Source: Octopus sinensis (lineage: Eukaryota). Taken from it: DNA of 18,798 nucleotides. Below the pieces are notes generated by a model that saw only the letters and a list, made by a program, of their open reading frames with translations, did no database searches and had not been told where the DNA came from. The stretch is from positions 1 to 18,798 of the forward strand of contig NW_021824402.1 in assembly GCF_006345805.1 (NCBI RefSeq), in the 5' to 3' direction. Positions 10,333-18,798 of this stretch are shown here, one piece after another. The position numbers were made by a program, and so were the translations under genes. Position 1 is the first letter of the stretch, and every line of letters begins with the position of its first letter.

Positions 10333-10369
10333 GATTATTATCATCATTATTATTATTATTATTATTATT
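10301..10369. repeat. (ATT)n array 2, the (AAT)n tail or target of Dong-like element A
   Basis: Seen directly. Confidence 0.97.
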
Positions 10370-12333
10370 CTATGTTTGACTTTTGCTTTATATTTGTACA
10401 AGTTGGCTCCAAGTCTCACCCAGAGACCTCAAGAGACAACAGGGTTGGAAGTTCATGTTGTTGTTATGCCTAGTGTGCCATATATTTGGGGGGTGGGGAT
10501 GTTGTACTAATGAATGTCTAAAAAAAAAAAAAGTTTTTTTTTTTTTTTTTTTTTAAACCGAAAATTATGGTTGTTTTAAACATTGAGGTTACATAGAGAG
10601 TATTTTGCGTAGGATATGAGCAGTTCCCATGAGCACTATCTTTTGAACTTCTGCCATTTTTGGGTTTCCTGGTATCTGAGTTAGGTAGCTATCAGCCCCT
10701 TTTGCTATCATTCCCAGGGCACCTATGACAACAGGTATTGTTTTAGTCTTCAGCTTCCACATTTTGCTGATTTCTATTTCAAGATCTTTATATTGCTCAG
10801 TTTTTGGTAGGTCCTGACAGATACGTTTATATCGATTGGGACAGTCATACCAATGAGGAGGCATGTTCTTTGTTTGAAGTCTTTCAATATGATGTCTGGC
10901 CTATTTGCATCTATCTTCCTGTCAGTTTGAATGGTGAAGTTCCAGAGGAGTGAGATGTGGTCATTTTCAAGCACTGGGGGTGGTTTTTGTTCCACCAGTT
11001 TTTTTCATGGGGCAAATCCAGGTTTTTACAGATTACCCAGTGAATATATTGTGCAGCTCTATCGTGCCTGTTGAGATACTCTGTAGGCGCTAGAAGACTG
11101 CACTTGGAGACCACATGGTCAATGGTTTCATTTTGTTGCTTGCATACACGACACGTTGGACTGCTTCTGATCTTTAATATGTTGGCCTGGTAGTTTCTTG
11201 TTGGTAGGCATTGATCTTGAGCTGCTATGATAAACCCCTCTGTTTCAGATTTTAAGCCAGAGGCCATTAGCCATTGATGGGTCAGGGCTTGTCGATATCT
11301 GCATTATTCGCTCTCTTTGGGTATTTGCCGTAGAGAGGTTTTTCTTGCCATTTATTATTCAGAATATCTAAGGCCGCAGTTTTGGCACGGGTTTTCATGC
11401 GCCTAGCTTTTTCTGTGCTTGTTTCTTGTATGTGTCTATCTCTAATTCCGAAATTGGTTGTATTCGGAATTCACTTAGATATTCCTTTGCCTGTTTTGTG
11501 ACTGAGTATGATGCTTTCTTGTTTTCATGTTTTGAGACAAGTTTTAACATCCAGTCCTCAGAGTTTTTCAGGTAGGTGTCTAGGCCAATTGTAGCAATCT
11601 TCATTGTTATTGCCAGTTGCAAAAGACCACGGCCTCCCTCTTTTCTTGGCAGATAGAGTCGTTCTGTATCTGCCTTAGGGTGGTGCATTCTATGCATTGT
11701 CAACAGTTTCCTTATTTTTCTGTCGAGCTGACATATTTCAGTAATTGACCAGTTAACAATATTGAAACTGTAAGTCACGACTGGTATAGCTAATGCATTG
11801 ATTGCTTCGATCCTGTTTCTTGCATTCAGCTCTGTCTTGAGTATTGCTCTCACTCTTCGATAGCATTCTCTCCTGATCCTTTCCTTCATCTCTGAATGCC
11901 TTATTCCGTTCCCTTCAATTACCCCTAGGTACTTGTAGCTCTCCGCTGGGTCTAGTTCTTTTATGACATTCTGTGGTCAAGGTTAACGTTAGATGTTTCT
12001 GTCATTTTTCCTTTGATAAAGGTAGCCTTTGCACATTTATCGAGGCCGAATTGCATTCTGATGTCGTCACTGAATTGTTTGACTATCGCTAGTAAGCCCT
12101 TGAGTTGTTGATCATTTTTTGCAAAAAGCTTTAAATCATCTATGTAAACGAGATGATTTATATTTTTATCAAACATTTTATACCCGTACTGCGCGTCATT
12201 GAGCAGCTTTGAGAGAGGTATTAAGGATAAACAAAAGAGGAGTGGTGACAGTGAGTCACCCTGGAAAATGCTACACGAAATTTTTACATCACCAGCATTT
12301 AGGGATTCACTGTCACTGTTCAGAGTTAGTGTG

Positions 12334-12334
<1 letters not shown>
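10370..12334 (-). mobile_element. R4/Dong-clade non-LTR retrotransposon A (RT + RLE), 5'-truncated
   Basis: Minus-strand IFQGDSLSPLLF, HLVYIDDLKLF, FGLDKC, HHPKAD.ERLYLPRKEGGRGL, AAQDQ, CCHC knuckle CRVC..QNETIDHVVSKC, RHD, RPDIILKD, YKDL, GALG. Stop at 10589, then a ~220-bp 3' UTR and an (AAT)n tail. Confidence 0.95.
10589..12334 (-). pseudogene. RT/restriction-like endonuclease ORF remnant of Dong-like A
   Basis: Spread over track ORFs 11961..12176, 11395..11889, 10911..11267, 10774..10995 and 10589..10864. The expected second acidic RLE residue reads G (LIGMTVP, versus LIDISIP in element B). Confidence 0.92.
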
Positions 12335-12379
<45 letters not shown>

Positions 12380-12393
12380 GATTATTATCATCA

Positions 12394-12457
<64 letters not shown>

Positions 12458-12492
12458 CATTATTATTATCATTATTATTATTATTATTATTA

Positions 12493-12529
<37 letters not shown>

Positions 12530-12566
12530 CATTATTATATTATTATTATTATTATTATCATTATTA

Positions 12567-12597
<31 letters not shown>

Positions 12598-12734
12598 CAT
12601 TATTATTATCATTATTATTATTATTATTATTTATTATTATTATTATCATTATTATTATCATTATTATTATCATTATTATTATATCATTATTATTATTATT
12701 ATTATCATCATTATTATTATTATTATTATTATTA

Positions 12735-12769
<35 letters not shown>

Positions 12770-12923
12770 ATTATTATTATTATTATTATCATTATTATTA
12801 TTATTATTATTATTATCATTATTATCATTACTATTATTATTATTATTATTATTATTATTATCATTATTATCATTATTAATATTATTATTATTATCATCAT
12901 TATTATTATTATTATTATTAATA

Positions 12924-12994
<71 letters not shown>
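12335..12994. repeat. (ATT)n array 3 with ATC interruptions
   Basis: Seen directly, ~660 bp. Confidence 0.98.
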
Positions 12995-12995
<1 letters not shown>

Positions 12996-13160
12996 TATGT
13001 TTGACTTTTGCTTTATATTTGTACAAGTTGGCTCCAAGTCTCACCCAGAGACCTCAAGAGACAACAGGGTTGGAAGTCCATGTTGTTGTATGCCTAGCTA
13101 GTGTGCCATATATTCAGAGGGTGGGGATGTTGTACTAATGAATGTCTAAAAAAAGGTTTT
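12995..13160 (-). mobile_element. Solo 3'-UTR copy of Dong-like element A
   Basis: Near-identical to 10370-10540 apart from a few substitutions and indels; flanked by (ATT)n on both sides. Confidence 0.95.
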
Positions 13161-15783
<2,623 letters not shown>

Positions 15784-15796
15784 TTATTATTATTAC

Positions 15797-15874
<78 letters not shown>

Positions 15875-15922
15875 TCATTATTATTATTATTATTATATTA
15901 TTGTTACTATTATATTATTTAC

Positions 15923-15976
<54 letters not shown>

Positions 15977-15998
15977 TATTATTATTTATTATTATTAC

Positions 15999-16034
<36 letters not shown>

Positions 16035-16185
16035 TATTATTATTATTATATTATTATTATTGTTACTATTATTATTATTGTTACTATTATTATATTATTA
16101 TTATTATTATTATATTATTATTATTACTATTATTATTATTATTATTATTATTACTATTATTATATTATTATTATTATTATTATAC

Positions 16186-16216
<31 letters not shown>

Positions 16217-16335
16217 TGTTATATTATTATTATTGTTACTATTATTATTATTATATTATTATTATATTTATTACTATTATTATTATTATTATTATTATTA
16301 CTATTATATATTATTATTATTATTATTATTATTAC

Positions 16336-16366
<31 letters not shown>

Positions 16367-16550
16367 GTTACTATTATTATTATTATTATTATTTTTATTG
16401 TTATTATTATGATTACTATATTATTATTATTATTATTACTAGTATTATTATATCCCATTATTATTATTATATTATTATTATTACTATTATTATTATTATT
16501 ATTTATTATTATTATTATTATTATTATCATTATTATATTATTATTATTAT
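15784..16550. repeat. (TAT/ATT)n array 5 with ACT and GTT interruptions
   Basis: Seen directly, ~770 bp. Confidence 0.98.
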
Positions 16551-17955
16551 GTTTTTTTCTTCTTTCAAATTTGCTTCCATTTTTGCCGAGTGTCTTCCCG
16601 ACTCCTAGGGCAAAGAAACTCATAGTATACATTGGTAGGCCATTAAACTAAACTCACTAGTTCGTTCATTTTTGTTTAGTTAATTAAAATACATGGGTAG
16701 TAATAGTTCTCACATCGACAATGCTCTTCTCAATACGTGTGATGTACCAGTTAAGACAATCTTTTGCACTTCTTGCAGGGATGGTAAGCCAGGGATCATT
16801 CTCATATAATTTTCGGTTCCCATCTTGATCATTCCTAGTGCTCCTACGATCACTGGTATTGTACCGCCTTAAGATGCCACATTTTCTCAATTTCAGTGAC
16901 AGGTCTTTATATTTTCTGAGCTTGTCAAACTATTTCGCCGAGATATTATGATCACAGGGGATGCTAATGTCGATCAATAAGCAAACTTTATTGTTTTGGT
17001 CTTTTACAACAATATCTGGTTTATTGGCTTTGATGGTTCGGTCTGTATGTACTGGAAAATCCCACAGAATGGTTACATTTTCTCCTTCAGTTACTGCTTC
17101 AGGGTGGCAGTTTTGATATTGTAATGCCAACTTATTAGCCAGTGTAGATATTGGCCAACTCTGTCATGTCTTAATTTATACTCCACTGGTGCTAAGACTT
17201 TACATCCAGAGATTAGGTGGTCCACTGTTTCAATCATGTAGTTGCAGAATCGGCATTTTGGTCTGCTCCATTTTTCATCACATTGGCCTGGTAGTTCCGG
17301 GTTAATAGGCTTTGATCTTGAGCAGCCAGGATGAAACCTTCTGGTCAACATCAGCTTGTTTGCTGCGGGCCACATATTTGCCGTGCAGAGGTTTCTCCTC
17401 CCACCTATCAGCCAATTGCTCGTGCGCTTTTTTCGTTGCCATTATTTTCACCTTCTTTGCAACAATAGTTGCCGTACTTCCCTCGGGTTGTTCAGTTTGG
17501 GTATCCTGCATGAGATCAATAGCAAATTCTTTGCTTTCCTTTAGTCTAGGTAGGTACAGATGACCAGCATCTGCTTTTGGGTGGTGCCATGTCCTTAGAT
17601 GTTAGTAGTTTTCTTGTCTTCCTGTTCATACATTGGAGTTCTGTAAAATTCCAGTCAATGATGCTAAGTCTATACTTGACTACTGGAAGTGCCAGGGTGT
17701 TAATGGCTTCATTGAAATTTTTGGAGTTGAGTTCAGTTTTTAGTATGAGTCTTATTCTCCTGTAATATTCCTTTCTTATTTTTTCCTTCATAGTAGCATG
17801 TTGTATAACATCTCCTTCGTTTATCCCCAGCTATTTATAGCTTTCTTGTTATTCAAGCTCCTTGATGGTAGTGTCACGCCTCATCTAATTGTTTGCCTTT
17901 CCTCACTACTTTAACCTTCATCTTTAGGCAAGCTGTGACATTGAGTCACCTACAG
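16551..17955 (-). mobile_element. R4/Dong-clade non-LTR retrotransposon B, a distinct and more decayed family
   Basis: Minus-strand MKEKIRKEYYRRIRLILKTELN, AAQDQ, CRFC..IETVDHLISGC, RHDRVG, KPDIVVKD..LLIDISIP, YKDL, VGALG, ...LRRALSM then stop at 16710-16712. The 3' UTR is unlike that of element A and ends at an (AAT)n array. The 5' limit is uncertain (17915-17955). Confidence 0.92.
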
Positions 17956-18059
17956 AGGAGAATCTGAGCAGTAAGAGACTGACTCAACCACTATGAAATA
18001 TATTAGTAATCTCTACTATGGCGTTGAATACTCTTTTTCTGCCAGTCAACACTAAACAA

Positions 18060-18060
18060 A

Positions 18061-18117
<57 letters not shown>

Positions 18118-18225
18118 GTATTTCTCTATCTATCTATCTACCTATCTATCTATCTATCTATAGAAAAGCTCTACCTTGTAATTTGTTCTATCTGTGTGCA
18201 GCCCTGTGTGGATAATAAAGAAACA

Positions 18226-18266
<41 letters not shown>

Positions 18267-18289
18267 GTATTCTCTATCTATCTATCTAC

Positions 18290-18330
<41 letters not shown>

Positions 18331-18352
18331 ATCCATCTATCCATCTATCTTA

Positions 18353-18396
<44 letters not shown>

Positions 18397-18517
18397 ATAT
18401 CTCTATCTGTATTTCTCTATCTATATCTACCTATCTATCTATCTATCTATCTATATATCTATCTATCTATCTATCTATCATCCATCTGTCTATCTATCTA
18501 TCTATCTATCTGTATTC

Positions 18518-18554
<37 letters not shown>

Positions 18555-18563
18555 TATCTATCC

Positions 18564-18615
<52 letters not shown>

Positions 18616-18660
18616 GTATTTCTCTATCTACCTATCTATTCTATCTATCTATCTATATCC

Positions 18661-18696
<36 letters not shown>

Positions 18697-18750
18697 GTAT
18701 TTCTCTATCTATCTATCTACCTATCTATCTATCTATCTATCTATCTATCC

Positions 18751-18798
<48 letters not shown>
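18060..18798. repeat. (TATC)n tetranucleotide array with a recurrent TCTGTATT(T)CTC variant; runs off the window end
   Basis: Seen directly. Confidence 0.98.
18162..18224 (+). mobile_element. Solo 63-bp 3' terminus of a Tx1-like LINE inside (TATC)n
   Basis: 58/63 identical to 15721-15783, including AATAAA. Confidence 0.92.

Overview
AT-rich animal genomic DNA with no recognisable host gene. The repeat families resemble octopus/coleoid cephalopod repeats as I recall them (inference, no search run). The window is built almost entirely from decayed non-LTR retroposons and microsatellites. Five LINE remnants from four clades are present: an internally deleted RTE (+, ~1660-3711) whose ORF ends in three tandem C2H2-type zinc fingers; a 5'-truncated CR1-like LINE (+, 5764-7233); two different R4/Dong-type RLE elements (-, 10370-12334 and 16551-~17955); and a 5'-truncated Tx1/L1-group element (+, 13391-15783). 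From 9679 to 16550 six units are chained through (ATT)n arrays of uniform polarity. A 63-bp copy of the Tx1 3' terminus also sits inside the terminal (TATC)n array. All LINE ORFs are frameshifted or carry stops; some indels may be long-read assembly errors. The poly-I/L/Y/N ORFs in the track are microsatellite artefacts.
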